NCBI GenBank assembly: GCA_965200965.1
Contig: OZ241744.1
Location: 3,040,001-3,104,000, forward strand
Reading direction: 5' to 3'
Source of the DNA: an uncultured Candidatus Binatia bacterium
GTDB lineage: Bacteria; Desulfobacterota; Binatia; Bin18
Length of the DNA stretch: 64,000 nucleotides
Shown here: piece by piece, positions 1-10,668 of the stretch
Layout: every line of letters starts with the position of its first letter
Position numbering within the stretch: position 1 is the stretch's first letter
The notes under the pieces: model-generated
The model's database searches: none
What the model saw: only the letters and a program-made list of their open reading frames with translations
What the model was told of the DNA's origin: nothing
Translations under genes and position numbers: made by a program

Positions 1-396
1 TACTACATTGTTACTGCGATACCAGATCATCTTTCTACTATCGGTTTGAACATCTTGATCAACAAGGTTGGTAAAATCTCCGAACTTGTGAATTCTGCTG
101 CTGTCCTGGCTGGTGGAAATGTGGCTCCTCACAGTGTTGCCCAGTTCGGCGCAATTCTTTTTGTCCGGGTACGGATCGGAGGCGCAATGCAAACGATAGC
201 CCATGCGAACAAGATGAATGAGATCCGAGCAGCGAATGAGTGCTTTGGAACGCACACGACCGAGTTGATTGGATACACCGAAGCTGCGGAAAACAGCCTG
301 CCAGTATGGTTGCACGATTCTAACAATGCCAAGCGGGCTCGGGGGAAGCAGGAATATCCACAAATTGTTGAGGAGCTGTTGAGGAAATTTCCATGA
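1..396 (+). CDS. C-terminal part of a ParA/Soj-family ATPase (5' end outside window)
   Basis: Frame open from base 1: YYIVTAIPDHLSTIGLNIL resembles the ParA 'yl.P..PD.lS..Gl' segment; C-terminus LPVWL...YPQIVEELL is ParA-like. Walker A not in window. Confidence 0.55.
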   Translation, partial: YYIVTAIPDHLSTIGLNILINKVGKISELVNSAAVLAGGNVAPHSVAQFGAILFVRVRIGGAMQTIAHANKMNEIRAANECFGTHTTELIGYTEAAENSLPVWLHDSNNAKRARGKQEYPQIVEELLRKFP

Positions 397-989
397 ACAA
401 TCCTGTAAATTTGACAGGAAAGAAATTGGACGGCTTCCTGAGCAAGTTGTCTCAACTGGTTGACGCTCTACCGTCACAGGAAAGGAAATCTCGCCTAGAT
501 CGGGAACTGGGAGTCTTGATCGAGTTTCTGAATGATTTTCGTACTAGGCTAAGGTCGCTCCCCACAGGAGAAGACACGGAGGGTGTCACATCAACGATAG
601 AAGCAATGAAGGACCTTGTGCGTGTGGTTGAGGCCGACCCCACAATGTCACATTTTCTTGGTTTCTCGTCAGAAAAGAAAACGTTGAGGAAGTCTTCACG
701 CAGAGCTCTCACCATACAAGATCGCGAAGAAGCGAAAGCTATGGCGGCAAAGCTACAAACTCTTCCGTCTGAAGATATAGATCGCATCTTGGCGGACAAA
801 AAGACATACACTATTCCTATGCTGAAACAGCTTGGTGGAGAGCTAGGGCTAAACTTTCCGTCCAAATCCACCCGGTTATCTATAATCGAAAAAATATCCA
901 AGAAGATAGCTAACCTGCGGGGTTATGATTACTTGAGACACGGGCATATGGAAAGCCAAGTGGCTAAGGAGGCTGGAGTACGGTCTTGA
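393..989 (+). CDS. Hypothetical helical protein with possible C-terminal SAP/HeH-like DNA-binding motif
   Basis: 198-aa ORF with ATGA overlap to the ParA-like gene; basic C-terminus TIPMLKQLGGELGLNFPSKSTRLSIIEKI. Confidence 0.6.
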   Translation: MNNPVNLTGKKLDGFLSKLSQLVDALPSQERKSRLDRELGVLIEFLNDFRTRLRSLPTGEDTEGVTSTIEAMKDLVRVVEADPTMSHFLGFSSEKKTLRKSSRRALTIQDREEAKAMAAKLQTLPSEDIDRILADKKTYTIPMLKQLGGELGLNFPSKSTRLSIIEKISKKIANLRGYDYLRHGHMESQVAKEAGVRS

Positions 990-1066
990 GGGCATGAAAT
1001 GTCCGTCGAAGTCGATCATTGGTAATTTATATCTCACTGTGTGTTACGGGGATAATTCAGGAGACT

Positions 1067-2273
1067 ATAAAGAAAACCCGAATTCATACGATGGCAGCGG
1101 CTCTCAGCCTAGCGCTAATCGCGCCAGCATTTGGATAAGAACCAGTCAACAGCCTTGAAGTCCCTGGCAACGGCTCTTTATCAGATCGGCATAGGCTATG
1201 TGTCCGGCTGGGTGTGTGACGCCGAGCGTGTCGCTATCGTTATTGATGGCGGTCTGCACCTTCCGCCCGTGGCCCGGAATATCAGCCGAGGCGATACCGA
1301 AGCGGCATGCGGAGACCAAAACAACGGCTTTATCACGCAATGGAATTGGAGCTTGATGGGGGATGGAACCTATACGGCCGCCCTTGTGGTAGATGGGAAA
1401 ACCCTTCAAGAAATCCGCTTCACCGTTACCACCTTGGGCGAGGAGTTTGTCCGGGGTGCTGAACGGGATGTTGAGATAGCGGATTTTCCTAGCACCGGAG
1501 AGACTACCCGGCTCCGGTGGCAGCAAAGCGTTCAAGGCTTTGTCCTGGTTCCAGGCCCAACCCCCGAAGAACCCGAAGAACCATCCGTTCCAACCCCCGA
1601 AGAATTGGAGTCAACACATATCCCCCAGGCCCATTTTGTCTATCCGGCTGTACCGCGACCTAGAAGCCGCCCAAGCCTGCCTGCCTGACGGATTGTTCCA
1701 CAACCTTCGGCCCGGACTCTAAGCCGGTTGGAAAATCCGGCAAGCCGCTCATATCAGAGTGGTATCGGGATTATCTCAGGCTGGGTCTGTGGTGAAGCAA
1801 CGGCAGAGATTGAGGTTGTCTTGTCCAGGGCGGAATACTATGAACTGACCGCTGAAGGTGTAAGCGGTCAGGAGGGAAGGGATTATTATATCCAGTCCGG
1901 CCAAGAAATCCTCCGAATCCCTGCAATGGGGAATACAAATCTGGACGGGGCAGGCAACTTGCTGTTCTGGGGAGTTCCACGGGCCGACACTGAGGCCCTT
2001 TGCGAAGGCCCTGAAAACGGGTTCATCACGCAAATGAACTGGAATCTGCTTGGGGAAGGGGTGTATTTCATCACTCTCCAGGCTGATGAGGGGGAGCTTC
2101 ATACTCACAGATTCACAGTCACCACCTTTGGCGAAGAGTTTGTCCGGGGGGCTAGGGGAGAGTGTACTATTGCGGACTTCCCCAGTCCCGGACAAAGCGC
2201 CCGGTTTTGGTGGGAGGAATCTTTACAGAACCTTGTCCTTGTGAACCCTCCTCCTTCTTCAGTAGAGGAGTAA
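1067..2273 (+). pseudogene. Degraded secreted protein with two copies of the unnamed 'SGIG..SGW.C...RGDTE..C...WNW' domain
   Basis: AGGAG RBS then ATA at 1067; signal-like MAAALSLALIAPAFG; TAA at 1136-1138; +1 frameshift near 1180; in-frame TGA at 1686-1688 separates ORFs 1131..1688 and 1728..2273, which share a frame. Confidence 0.75.
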
Positions 2274-2289
2274 CCCCTGTCTGCAACAC

Positions 2290-2312
2290 CCGGCTCCCGT
2301 GGATGGAGCCGG
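2290..2312. terminator. GC-rich hairpin CCGGCTCC-loop-GGAGCCGG
   Basis: Perfect 8-bp inverted repeat just after the stop at 2273; no clear U-tract. Confidence 0.4.
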
Positions 2313-2332
2313 ATCAAAGAAGGAGAAGAACT

Positions 2333-3052
2333 GTGGAAAACCGAATGGAAGAGGCAACACAAAACCTGATGACGGCTTTCTTTGCCCTTGCCGAATCTGC
2401 CAAAGGTAAAATCCTTATTCAGGATATGGCGTGTTTGGATGAGGGGGGGAAGCCCCGACATTTCAGTATGGGAAGGGGTTTGGGAGGAACCGGAGTTTGT
2501 CCGCCTCCTAGAGGCTATGGAGGCGGTGATAAAGGAGCGGAGGAGCTAGGAATAGAAGTCAAGACCCTCACCATCCAAAATCAGTATCATGGCTCTGAGG
2601 CGTCCCTCACTGTTGAGCTTGACGACAGTGATAAGCTGGTGCTCTTTGGTTACGACACGCGGCTTCAATACAATGGACAGTGGGACATACTCCCGGCGGG
2701 TAACACTGATGCGCCTTGGGATACGATTACAGCCATACGCGCCTATATCGATTATCCTCATGGCTGGGATGGACAGAGGGACCTTCAGCCTGTGATGCAA
2801 ATTCTAAGCCTAACCCCTGAGATAACACCGTGGAGGAGTACGGTTCTTATCAGGAGCGGCCGGAGGCACCCCAGGACTTGGGCTTACGCGATAATAGGCA
2901 CGCCTACATGGGCGAAAAATATCCTTACCATTCCGATCAAACGAGTTCTTGAGACAAACGGCTTCAAGGTCTCCCGTCATGCTCATTACACTAACGGATT
3001 ACACATAAGTTACTGCGCTGCATCTGATCCTGATAGTTGCGTTGTTCGATGA
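2333..3052 (+). CDS. Hypothetical protein (island-borne)
   Basis: AGGAG at 2321-2325 before GTG 2333; long ORF; no recognised motif. Confidence 0.55.
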   Translation: MENRMEEATQNLMTAFFALAESAKGKILIQDMACLDEGGKPRHFSMGRGLGGTGVCPPPRGYGGGDKGAEELGIEVKTLTIQNQYHGSEASLTVELDDSDKLVLFGYDTRLQYNGQWDILPAGNTDAPWDTITAIRAYIDYPHGWDGQRDLQPVMQILSLTPEITPWRSTVLIRSGRRHPRTWAYAIIGTPTWAKNILTIPIKRVLETNGFKVSRHAHYTNGLHISYCAASDPDSCVVR

Positions 3053-3229
3053 GGCTTTGTCCTCGTACCAAGACCATCAGAAGAGAGGAGGCTACGGAAT
3101 GAAGATTGAAACCGACATCTCAGAAGTTCTGACCTTTGTCGCCTGCTGACTGGCTGACCTCAGCTTATTCAAGCGTTAATTTTTGAGTGAGGAGTACAGG
3201 CCAGGTTAAGAACGCTGAAACTCTGTTGC

Positions 3230-3514
3230 ATGAAAGTCGATGAAAAACTATTGGCGAAAGCGAGGAACAGCCCGGCCAATCTCGCTTTTGACGATTTAAT
3301 CAAACTTGTGGAGCAGCTGGGCTGGAAGCATCGGAATACGAAAGGGAGTCATCACATCTTTTCTTACCCACGGGCTAGGGATACGGGGAACCTGTATCCC
3401 CGCCCCCTCAACCTACAGCGCTGGAAAGGCGGAAAGGCGAAACGAGAACAGGTAAAAGAAATGCTGAAGCGAGCGGAAGAGATGGGGATAATAGAGAAAC
3501 GGGGGAACCTATGA
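3230..3514 (+). CDS. hicA: HicA family mRNA interferase toxin
   Basis: NSPANLAFDDL...LGW...GSHHIF...QVKEML, typical of HicA; precedes hicB. Confidence 0.85.
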   Translation: MKVDEKLLAKARNSPANLAFDDLIKLVEQLGWKHRNTKGSHHIFSYPRARDTGNLYPRPLNLQRWKGGKAKREQVKEMLKRAEEMGIIEKRGNL

Positions 3515-3735
3515 CTGTGGAGGGATTGCCGCCTTACACCTACGAGTGGACAAGGTGTACGGAATCAGAAGACATTGAGGCACGTTGCTTGGAGATTCCC
3601 GACCTGTCAGCCTATGGAGAAACGCCCGAAGAAGCGCTTGACGAGATCAAAATAGCCGTGTCGAGCTGGCTGGAAGTCCTGGAAAAGGACGGCCTCCCTT
3701 TTCCCGCGCCGCTTCATGCGCTGAGAGCATCGTGA
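3511..3735 (+). CDS. hicB: HicB family antitoxin (short form, no DNA-binding domain)
   Basis: EIPDLSAYGETPEEALDEIKIAVSSWLE...PAP HicB signature; ATGA overlap with hicA. Confidence 0.85.
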   Translation: MTVEGLPPYTYEWTRCTESEDIEARCLEIPDLSAYGETPEEALDEIKIAVSSWLEVLEKDGLPFPAPLHALRAS

Positions 3736-3808
3736 GCTTCCCGGCCGTACCGCCTGTCTGACACTGCTGCGTGACCCTTTATTCTGCCGTGTCTGAAGGC
3801 TAGGATGG

Positions 3809-6800
3809 GTGGCTATGGCTTATTCAGACTCCGGTGTCCCTGCCCTGTCACCGACCGCCCAAGACCTGCTGGCCCTGCTGCGGGAGCGCATCCTGCTGTT
3901 TGACGGGGCGATGGGCACGTCGATTCAAGACCTGCACCTCGATGCCGCGGCCTTTGGCGGGCATGAGTACGAAGGCTGCAATGAAAATCTGGTGATGACC
4001 GCCCCGCAGTTCATTGCCGATATCCATACCGGGTTTCTTCAAGCCGGCTCGGACATCATTGAGACAAATACCTTTGGCGCGACGCGCATTGTCCTGGCCG
4101 AATATGGGCTTGAGGACAAGGCTCCGGCGATCAATCAGGCCGCGGCTGAAATCGCCCGGCAGGTGGCCGACCGGCACAGCACCCCGGCCAAACCCCGCTT
4201 TGTGGCCGGCTCAATGGGACCGACGACAAAGACGATCTCAGTGACCGGCGGGGCGACATTTGGCGAGATGCGGGCCGCCTACGCCGAACAGGCCCAAGGA
4301 CTGGTGCGCGGCCACGTTGACCTCCTCATCCTGGAGACCGCTCAGGACGCCCTGAACCTGAAGGCCGGGCTGCTCGGCATTGATGAGGCGTTTTCTGGCC
4401 TTGGCCGGCGCGTCCCGGTGGTTGTGTGTGGCACAATCGAAACGATGGGGACGACCCTGGCCGGTCAGGGCGTTGAGGCGCTGTATGTTTCGCTGGCCCA
4501 CAGGGAACTGCTGGCGATCGGCCTCAACTGCGCGACCGGCCCGGACTTTATGACCGACCACCTGCGCACCCTGGCCCGGCTGTCCCGCTTTCCGGTCGTG
4601 TGTATGCCCAACGCCGGCCTGCCGGATGAAGACGGGCATTACAATGAATCTCCCGAACTCCTGAGCGCCAAGCTGGAGCGCTTTGTTGACCAGGGCTGGG
4701 TGAATATGGTCGGCGGCTGCTGCGGCACCACCCCGGCCCATCTACGGCTCTTGTCTCAGATGCTGGCCGGCAAAAAGCCGCGCCACCACCACGCGCCACG
4801 ACGCAGCGTGGTATGCGGGCTTGAGCCGCTGGTCATTGACGAAGACAAACGCCCGGTCCTGGTTGGAGAACGGACCAATGTGATTGGCTCGCGCAAGTTC
4901 AAACGTCTGATTACCGAAGGGGCGTTTGAGGAGGCGGCAGAGATTGGACGGCGGCAGGTGCGGGGTGGTGCTCAGGTGCTTGATGTGTGTCTGGCCGACC
5001 CGGACCGTGAAGAAAGGGAAGACGTGACGACCTTTTTGGACATGCTGGTCAAAAAGGTCAAAGTCCCGCTGATGATTGACTCGACCGATGCACGGGTCAT
5101 TGAAGCCGCGCTCGAGCGCTGCCAGGGCAAGGCCATCATCAACTCGATTAACCTTGAAGACGGCGAGGAGCGCTTTCAGAAAATCGCCCCCCTGCTCAAA
5201 CGTTACGGCGCGGCCGTGGTAGTCGGCTGCATTGACGAAGACCCTGTTCAGGGCATGGCCGTTACCCGCCAGCGTAAGCTTGAAATTGCCCGGCGCAGCT
5301 ATGAATTGCTGACCCAGCAGTATAGCCTGGAGCCGGAAGACCTGATCTTTGACCTGCTGGTGTTTCCGCTCGGCACCGGCGACCAGAATTATATTGGCGC
5401 TGGACGAGAAACGGTTGAAGGCGTGCGGCTCATCAAAGACGCCTTTCCTGAGTGCAAAACCATCCTCGGCATCAGCAATGTCTCTTTTGGTTTGCCGCCG
5501 GTCGGCCGCGAGGTGCTGAACTCGGTCTTTTTATACGACTGTGTCAAAGCCGGGCTCGATATGGCGATTGTCAACACCGAAAAGCTGGAGCGCTACGCCT
5601 CTATCCCGGAAGAAGAACGGCGGCTGTCAGAGGACTTGATCTACTGGCGGGGCGAGGACCCGGTCGCCGCCTTTGCCGCCCATTTCCGCCAGCGACCAAC
5701 GCGCAACAGGGCGGAGACGGGCCGGGAGCTGCCGCTGGATGAACGTCTGGCTCGGTATATCATTGAGGGATCGAAAGACGGGTTGATTGACGACCTGAAC
5801 AAGGCCCTGTGCGGTAGAACACCGCTCAATATCATTAACGGTCCGCTCATGGCGGGTATGGATGAGGTCGGGCGGCTGTTCAATAACAACGAACTCATCG
5901 TAGCCGAGGTGTTGCAGAGTGCCGAGTCGATGAAGGCGGCGGTTGGCCACCTTGAGCCGTTTATGGAAAAAACCGCCGAAGCGCTCAAGGGGGTGGTCAT
6001 GCTGGCTACGGTCAAGGGTGACGTACACGATATTGGCAAAAATCTGGTCGAGATTATCCTGGGCAATAACGGCTATCGGGTTGTCAATCTGGGCATCAAG
6101 GTCCCGCCGGAAACCCTGATTGATGCCTACCGGGAATATCGTCCCGATATCATCGGGCTGTCCGGTTTGCTGGTCAAATCTGCCCAACAGATGGTGGTGA
6201 CGGCTCAGGACCTGCACAACGCTGGGGTGGAGTGTCCGATGCTGGTTGGCGGGGCCGCTCTGACCGCCCGGTTTACCGCCAGCAGAATTGCCCCGGAGTA
6301 TGCAAACCTGGTCTGTTATGCCAGCGATGCGATGAACGGTCTTGAGTTGGCCAACCGGCTCGTTGATCCCGACAAACGGATCCACCTCGTCCAGAAAATC
6401 GTGGCTGAACAGGAACGTTTGGCTCAGCAGACGGCAAAGCCGCCGCGCGTCGTCGGGAACGGACGGACGGCTCCCCACACGTCCTCGGTGGCCCATGACC
6501 ACCCCATACCAAGTCCGCCAGACCTGCGTTTGCATGTGATTGAGGATCACGACCTTGAAGAGATTTTTGCCTACGTCAATCCGACCATGCTGTACGGCAA
6601 ACACCTGGGGCTCAAGGGCAAGCTCGACACGCTGCTTGAGCAGCAGGATGCGAAGGCCGTGGGTCTGCACACCCGGGTTCGTGTCCTGCAGGATCGGGTC
6701 CTGGCGAAAGGTTTGATGCGCGCCAAGGGGCTCTACAAGTTCTTTCCCGCCCAGTCTGACGGCAATACCTTGCTGGTGTATAACGCGGCGGGCGATCGGG

Positions 6801-7348
6801 TAGTTGAGACCTTCGAGTTTCCGCGCCAATTGCACGGCGAGGGGCTGTGTCTGAGCGACTTTGTTGCCCCGCGAACCGCCGGCCGGATGGATTATATTGC
6901 TCTCTTTGCGGTGACCTGCGGCGGTGGCGTGCGTAAACTGTCAGAACGCTATAAACAGGCTGGGCAGTATTTTGTGTCGCACGCGCTGCAAGCCTTGGCG
7001 ATTGAAAGCGCCGAGGGTTTTGCCGAACTCCTGCACCGCCGGCTGCGCGAGATGTGGGGCTTTGCCGACCCTGCCGACATGACCATGCGCGACCGCTTCA
7101 GAGCGCGCTACCGGGGGGTGCGGGTCAGTTTTGGCTATCCGGCCTGCCCGCGTCTGGAAGACCAGCGCATTCTCTTTCGGCTCTTGCCGGCAACAGAAAC
7201 CATCGGCCTCCAACTCACCGAAGGCTGTATGATGGAGCCCGAGGCATCGGTCTCAGCGCTCGTTTTCCATCATCCTCAGGCGCGTTACTTCAGCATTCTG
7301 GAAGACGAATTGCGTGAGTTTGAGCAAAGGCCGGGCGCGGCTGGCTAA
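3809..7348 (+). CDS. metH: B12-dependent methionine synthase
   Basis: DGAMGT, GGCCGT, GERTN, GDVHDIGKN...SGLL (cobalamin binding) and SFGYPACP motifs; 1179 aa. Confidence 0.97.
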   Translation: MAMAYSDSGVPALSPTAQDLLALLRERILLFDGAMGTSIQDLHLDAAAFGGHEYEGCNENLVMTAPQFIADIHTGFLQAGSDIIETNTFGATRIVLAEYGLEDKAPAINQAAAEIARQVADRHSTPAKPRFVAGSMGPTTKTISVTGGATFGEMRAAYAEQAQGLVRGHVDLLILETAQDALNLKAGLLGIDEAFSGLGRRVPVVVCGTIETMGTTLAGQGVEALYVSLAHRELLAIGLNCATGPDFMTDHLRTLARLSRFPVVCMPNAGLPDEDGHYNESPELLSAKLERFVDQGWVNMVGGCCGTTPAHLRLLSQMLAGKKPRHHHAPRRSVVCGLEPLVIDEDKRPVLVGERTNVIGSRKFKRLITEGAFEEAAEIGRRQVRGGAQVLDVCLADPDREEREDVTTFLDMLVKKVKVPLMIDSTDARVIEAALERCQGKAIINSINLEDGEERFQKIAPLLKRYGAAVVVGCIDEDPVQGMAVTRQRKLEIARRSYELLTQQYSLEPEDLIFDLLVFPLGTGDQNYIGAGRETVEGVRLIKDAFPECKTILGISNVSFGLPPVGREVLNSVFLYDCVKAGLDMAIVNTEKLERYASIPEEERRLSEDLIYWRGEDPVAAFAAHFRQRPTRNRAETGRELPLDERLARYIIEGSKDGLIDDLNKALCGRTPLNIINGPLMAGMDEVGRLFNNNELIVAEVLQSAESMKAAVGHLEPFMEKTAEALKGVVMLATVKGDVHDIGKNLVEIILGNNGYRVVNLGIKVPPETLIDAYREYRPDIIGLSGLLVKSAQQMVVTAQDLHNAGVECPMLVGGAALTARFTASRIAPEYANLVCYASDAMNGLELANRLVDPDKRIHLVQKIVAEQERLAQQTAKPPRVVGNGRTAPHTSSVAHDHPIPSPPDLRLHVIEDHDLEEIFAYVNPTMLYGKHLGLKGKLDTLLEQQDAKAVGLHTRVRVLQDRVLAKGLMRAKGLYKFFPAQSDGNTLLVYNAAGDRVVETFEFPRQLHGEGLCLSDFVAPRTAGRMDYIALFAVTCGGGVRKLSERYKQAGQYFVSHALQALAIESAEGFAELLHRRLREMWGFADPADMTMRDRFRARYRGVRVSFGYPACPRLEDQRILFRLLPATETIGLQLTEGCMMEPEASVSALVFHHPQARYFSILEDELREFEQRPGAAG

Positions 7349-7396
7349 CGCCGGCAGTGCCAGATCAGCCGCTAGGCGGAGCGACCCCGCCTTGTC

Positions 7397-7425
7397 TTGA
7401 CAAAGCCCGGCCACCCGACTAGTCA
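7397..7425 (+). promoter_or_regulatory. Possible sigma70 promoter for the hydrolase-thiolase operon
   Basis: TTGACA (7397-7402), 17 nt, TAGTCA; -10 is imperfect. Confidence 0.35.
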
Positions 7426-7454
7426 GGGGGCAGCTTTCTTCCCGAGAGGAGCAT

Positions 7455-8276
7455 ATGCCAACAAAATACGTTGATGTTGACGGCTATGCGGTCCATTACT
7501 TTCACACCGGCCAAACAACCCTGCCCCCAGTCGTTCCAGATGTCAGCCAGGGCAAACTTATCCTGTACATTCACGGGGCGGGCAGCAACGGGCATTTTGC
7601 CCATAAGCTGCTCGATATCCTGTCGGTCAGGCACAGTCCCCTCTCTTTCGATTTTCCGGCCCACGGCCGCTCAAGCGGCATTGACAGCCTGGGCAGCATC
7701 ACCGCCTACAGCGATTTCACCTACAGTTTGTGGCAAACGCTCGGCCTTCGTCCGGCGGTACTGATGGGTCACTCCATGGGCGGAGCGATCGCCATGGACT
7801 TGGCCCTGCGCCGTCCCGAGATGGTCAGTGGCCTGATCCTGAGCTGCACGGCCGCCACATTCAACATTCCGGACGAGCGGGTTGAGACCTGGGCACAGGT
7901 CATGAAAGGCCGCCAGTCCCAGCCGTTTACCAAAGATTCCTGCTCGCCCAAGACGCCGCAAGCAATTGTCCAGGAGGGCTGGATGGAGCAGACTAAGACC
8001 GACCCGCGCGTCCGCCACTTCGATTTGGTGGCGTGCCAACAGGTCGATATGAGGCCCAGACTGAGCGAACTCAGGACACCAGCGCTGATTCTGGCCGGCG
8101 GGGACGATACCGCTACGCCGGTTGCCCAGAGCGAAGAACTACGCGACCAGATTCCCGGTGCCCAGCTCAGGATTATTGAAGATGCCGGCCACTGGCTCCC
8201 AATCGAAAAGCCGCAGGTGGCGTGCGATGCCATTGAGGCGTTTTTCGGCTCATCAGCGCAAGAGGACAGATCATGA
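7455..8276 (+). CDS. Alpha/beta-fold hydrolase
   Basis: HGAG oxyanion motif, GHSMGG nucleophile elbow, GGDD and AGH catalytic residues. Confidence 0.9.
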   Translation: MPTKYVDVDGYAVHYFHTGQTTLPPVVPDVSQGKLILYIHGAGSNGHFAHKLLDILSVRHSPLSFDFPAHGRSSGIDSLGSITAYSDFTYSLWQTLGLRPAVLMGHSMGGAIAMDLALRRPEMVSGLILSCTAATFNIPDERVETWAQVMKGRQSQPFTKDSCSPKTPQAIVQEGWMEQTKTDPRVRHFDLVACQQVDMRPRLSELRTPALILAGGDDTATPVAQSEELRDQIPGAQLRIIEDAGHWLPIEKPQVACDAIEAFFGSSAQEDRS

Positions 8277-9421
8277 GCATAACAGGAAAAACCGCGGTCG
8301 CCGGCGTATACGAGCATCCGCTCCGCTGGGCACCGCACAAAACCCAGTACCAGCTTATGGCCGAGAGCGCCCGCGGCGCGCTGGACGACGCCGGCCTGAG
8401 GCTGAAAGACGTTGATGGCCTGTTTACCTCTGGGGTAAGCGGGATGGGCATTGTTGCCCTGGCCGAGCACCTGAATCTGAACCCCGATTATCTGGACTCC
8501 AATTCGATTGGCGGCTCGTCTTTTGTGTCACACACCGCCCACGCGGCCGCGGCGATTGCGGCCGGCTACTGCAAGGTTGGTCTGATTCTGTACGGCAGCA
8601 AATGGTCGTCTGACCGGTTTGCGATTGGCACGGCCGGGGGTGGGGCGGGGGATCCGCCCGATCAGCACGAAAACAGCTTCGGACCAACGACGGTCGGGGC
8701 CTATGCCCTGGTTGCCCAGCGCCATATGCACGAGTTTGGGACGACCAGCGAGCAGTTGGCCGAAATCGCCGTGGTCACCAGACGGCACGCCTCGCTCAAT
8801 CCCAAGGCCAAGTTCCGCGATCCCATCACGGTCGAAGATGTGCTGAAATCGCGGCTGGTGTCGTCTCCGCTCCACCTGCTGGACTGCTGCATGATCTCAG
8901 ATGGCGGGGGCGCGCTTGTGGTCACCTCGGCCGAACGCGCCCGTGACCTGAGAAAGAAACCCGTCTACATCCAGGGGGCTGCCGAAGCCTGCTATCACAC
9001 CAGCGCCGGCCGGCGGGACCTGACCGATGCGGCGGCCAAACAGTCCGGCCCCAAGGCCCTGCAGCGGGCGGGCGTGGCGCATAAAGACATCGACATGGCC
9101 ATGATCTATGATTCGTTCACCATCACCGTGTGCGTCACCCTGGAAAGCTTAGGCTTTTGTGGCAAGGGAGAGGGCGGCGCATTTGTCCAGAACGGCCGGA
9201 TTGGGCTGGGCGGTGAGCTGCCGATCAACACCGACGGCGGCGGGCTGTCGTCAAATCATCCTGGCATGCGCGGCATTTTTCTGGTCATCGAAGCCACCAA
9301 ACAGTTGCGTGGCGAGTGCGAAGACCGCCAAGTCCGGGACTGTCAGATGGCGCTCTGCCACGGTACCGGAGGAACCCTGGGGCTGCGGCACAGCGGAGCG
9401 AGTCTGGTGTTGAGTGTGTAA
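8273..9421 (+). CDS. Thiolase-fold protein, SCP2/Ltp2-like subgroup
   Basis: DCCMISDGG, IYDSF, INTDGGGLS motifs; no nucleophilic Cys (GGSSF); paired with DUF35. Confidence 0.88.
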   Translation: MSITGKTAVAGVYEHPLRWAPHKTQYQLMAESARGALDDAGLRLKDVDGLFTSGVSGMGIVALAEHLNLNPDYLDSNSIGGSSFVSHTAHAAAAIAAGYCKVGLILYGSKWSSDRFAIGTAGGGAGDPPDQHENSFGPTTVGAYALVAQRHMHEFGTTSEQLAEIAVVTRRHASLNPKAKFRDPITVEDVLKSRLVSSPLHLLDCCMISDGGGALVVTSAERARDLRKKPVYIQGAAEACYHTSAGRRDLTDAAAKQSGPKALQRAGVAHKDIDMAMIYDSFTITVCVTLESLGFCGKGEGGAFVQNGRIGLGGELPINTDGGGLSSNHPGMRGIFLVIEATKQLRGECEDRQVRDCQMALCHGTGGTLGLRHSGASLVLSV

Positions 9422-9433
9422 GGGAGAGGTGTC

Positions 9434-9949
9434 ATGGCTGAAGAGAAGAAATACCGCAAACCCCTGCCCCGTCTTGACGAGGAAAACCGCCCCTTTTGGG
9501 AAGCCTGCGCCCGGCACGAACTCTATGTCCAGAAATGCCGCAGATGCGGCACAGTCTTGTATTACCCGCGCGCTTTTTGCCCAGAAGACCTGTCCACCGA
9601 CCTCGAATGGATCAAATGCAGTGGCAAGGGGACCGTCTATACCTACACGGCAACCTACCAGAATCAGAGTGCCGGCTTCCGCAACACGCTGCCCTACATC
9701 ATGGCCTATGTCGAGCTGGAAGAAGGCGTGCGCATGTTGACCAATATCGTTGACTGCACCCCCGAAGAGGTCAGCATCGGAATGCCGGTTGAGGTCGCCT
9801 TTGAGGACGCCACGCCGGAGATTTCCATTCCGCTGTTTCGTCCGGTCGGTGACAGAGCCGTCCGGCGGGCTATACGCGCGGGGCGTCTGAACGGTCTGCT
9901 GTCCATTGCCAGACCGGGGCAATTCTGGCACTATAAGTGCCCATATTGA
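9434..9949 (+). CDS. DUF35 Zn-ribbon/OB-fold protein
   Basis: PFWEA...CRRCG..YYPRAFCP...GTVYTYT...NIVD; the tail after PLFRPV may be read-through. Confidence 0.88.
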   Translation: MAEEKKYRKPLPRLDEENRPFWEACARHELYVQKCRRCGTVLYYPRAFCPEDLSTDLEWIKCSGKGTVYTYTATYQNQSAGFRNTLPYIMAYVELEEGVRMLTNIVDCTPEEVSIGMPVEVAFEDATPEISIPLFRPVGDRAVRRAIRAGRLNGLLSIARPGQFWHYKCPY

Positions 9950-9988
9950 CCAAAAGCCAGACCATTCGGCAGGCTGGGCAGATACCCT

Positions 9989-10657
9989 ATGGCACATATC
10001 ATTGATCTCCACTCGCACTCCGAAGCCTCAGACGATAGCCGCGCCCCTGTCGAGGCCTACCTCAAATGGCTGGCCCGCAAGCATGAAGAGCGGCCCATTG
10101 ACGGCTTGGTCTTGACCGAGCACCGCAAATTTGATGCCGCCAGCGATTACCGCGCCCTTGAAGACAAATACGGCCTACTCATCCTCAAAGCCTCCGAGGT
10201 TGAGACCGAGTACGGCCATATTCTGATCTATGGGGTCAACGACGATATCCTCAAACGCTTCGATTTCTCCAATGTTCGACTGCCGGCCCAACAGATCATT
10301 ACCGAGGTTGCCCGTATGGGTGGCATTGCCATGCCGTGTCATCCCGGTCGGCCAACCATCGGCCTCATCGAACATTACGAAAAAATGCCCCCGCTCGAAG
10401 GCGTGTGCGGGGTTGAAGCCCTCAATGGAGGTAGTAAAAAAGGCGAAAACGAGCGGGTGGCCGAGTTGATCAACCACTATGGCTACCACGCCTTTGGCGG
10501 CAGCGACTCGCATCTGGTGAGCTTCATCGGCATTTGCGCCACCGAATTTGATCAGGACATCGGCTCTACCGAAGCCCTGGTCACCGCCCTGCGCAGCGGT
10601 GGCTACCGGCCGGTAGACTTTCGGGTGCGCAGAGCCCAGTCCTCAAGCGCAGCCTGA
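9989..10657 (+). CDS. PHP-domain metallophosphoesterase
   Basis: DLHSHS, LTEH, SEVE..GH, CHP and GSDSH motifs. Confidence 0.85.
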   Translation: MAHIIDLHSHSEASDDSRAPVEAYLKWLARKHEERPIDGLVLTEHRKFDAASDYRALEDKYGLLILKASEVETEYGHILIYGVNDDILKRFDFSNVRLPAQQIITEVARMGGIAMPCHPGRPTIGLIEHYEKMPPLEGVCGVEALNGGSKKGENERVAELINHYGYHAFGGSDSHLVSFIGICATEFDQDIGSTEALVTALRSGGYRPVDFRVRRAQSSSAA

Positions 10658-10668
10658 AGGATACGACT

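Noticed and set aside
1686-1688. In-frame TGA as selenocysteine or recoding
   Set aside because: It lies in a Pro-rich linker, and the same gene also has a TAA and a frameshift.
3099-3149. 16-codon ORF MKIETDISEVLTFVAC with a strong RBS
   Set aside because: Probably a truncated gene stub at an island junction; too short to call.
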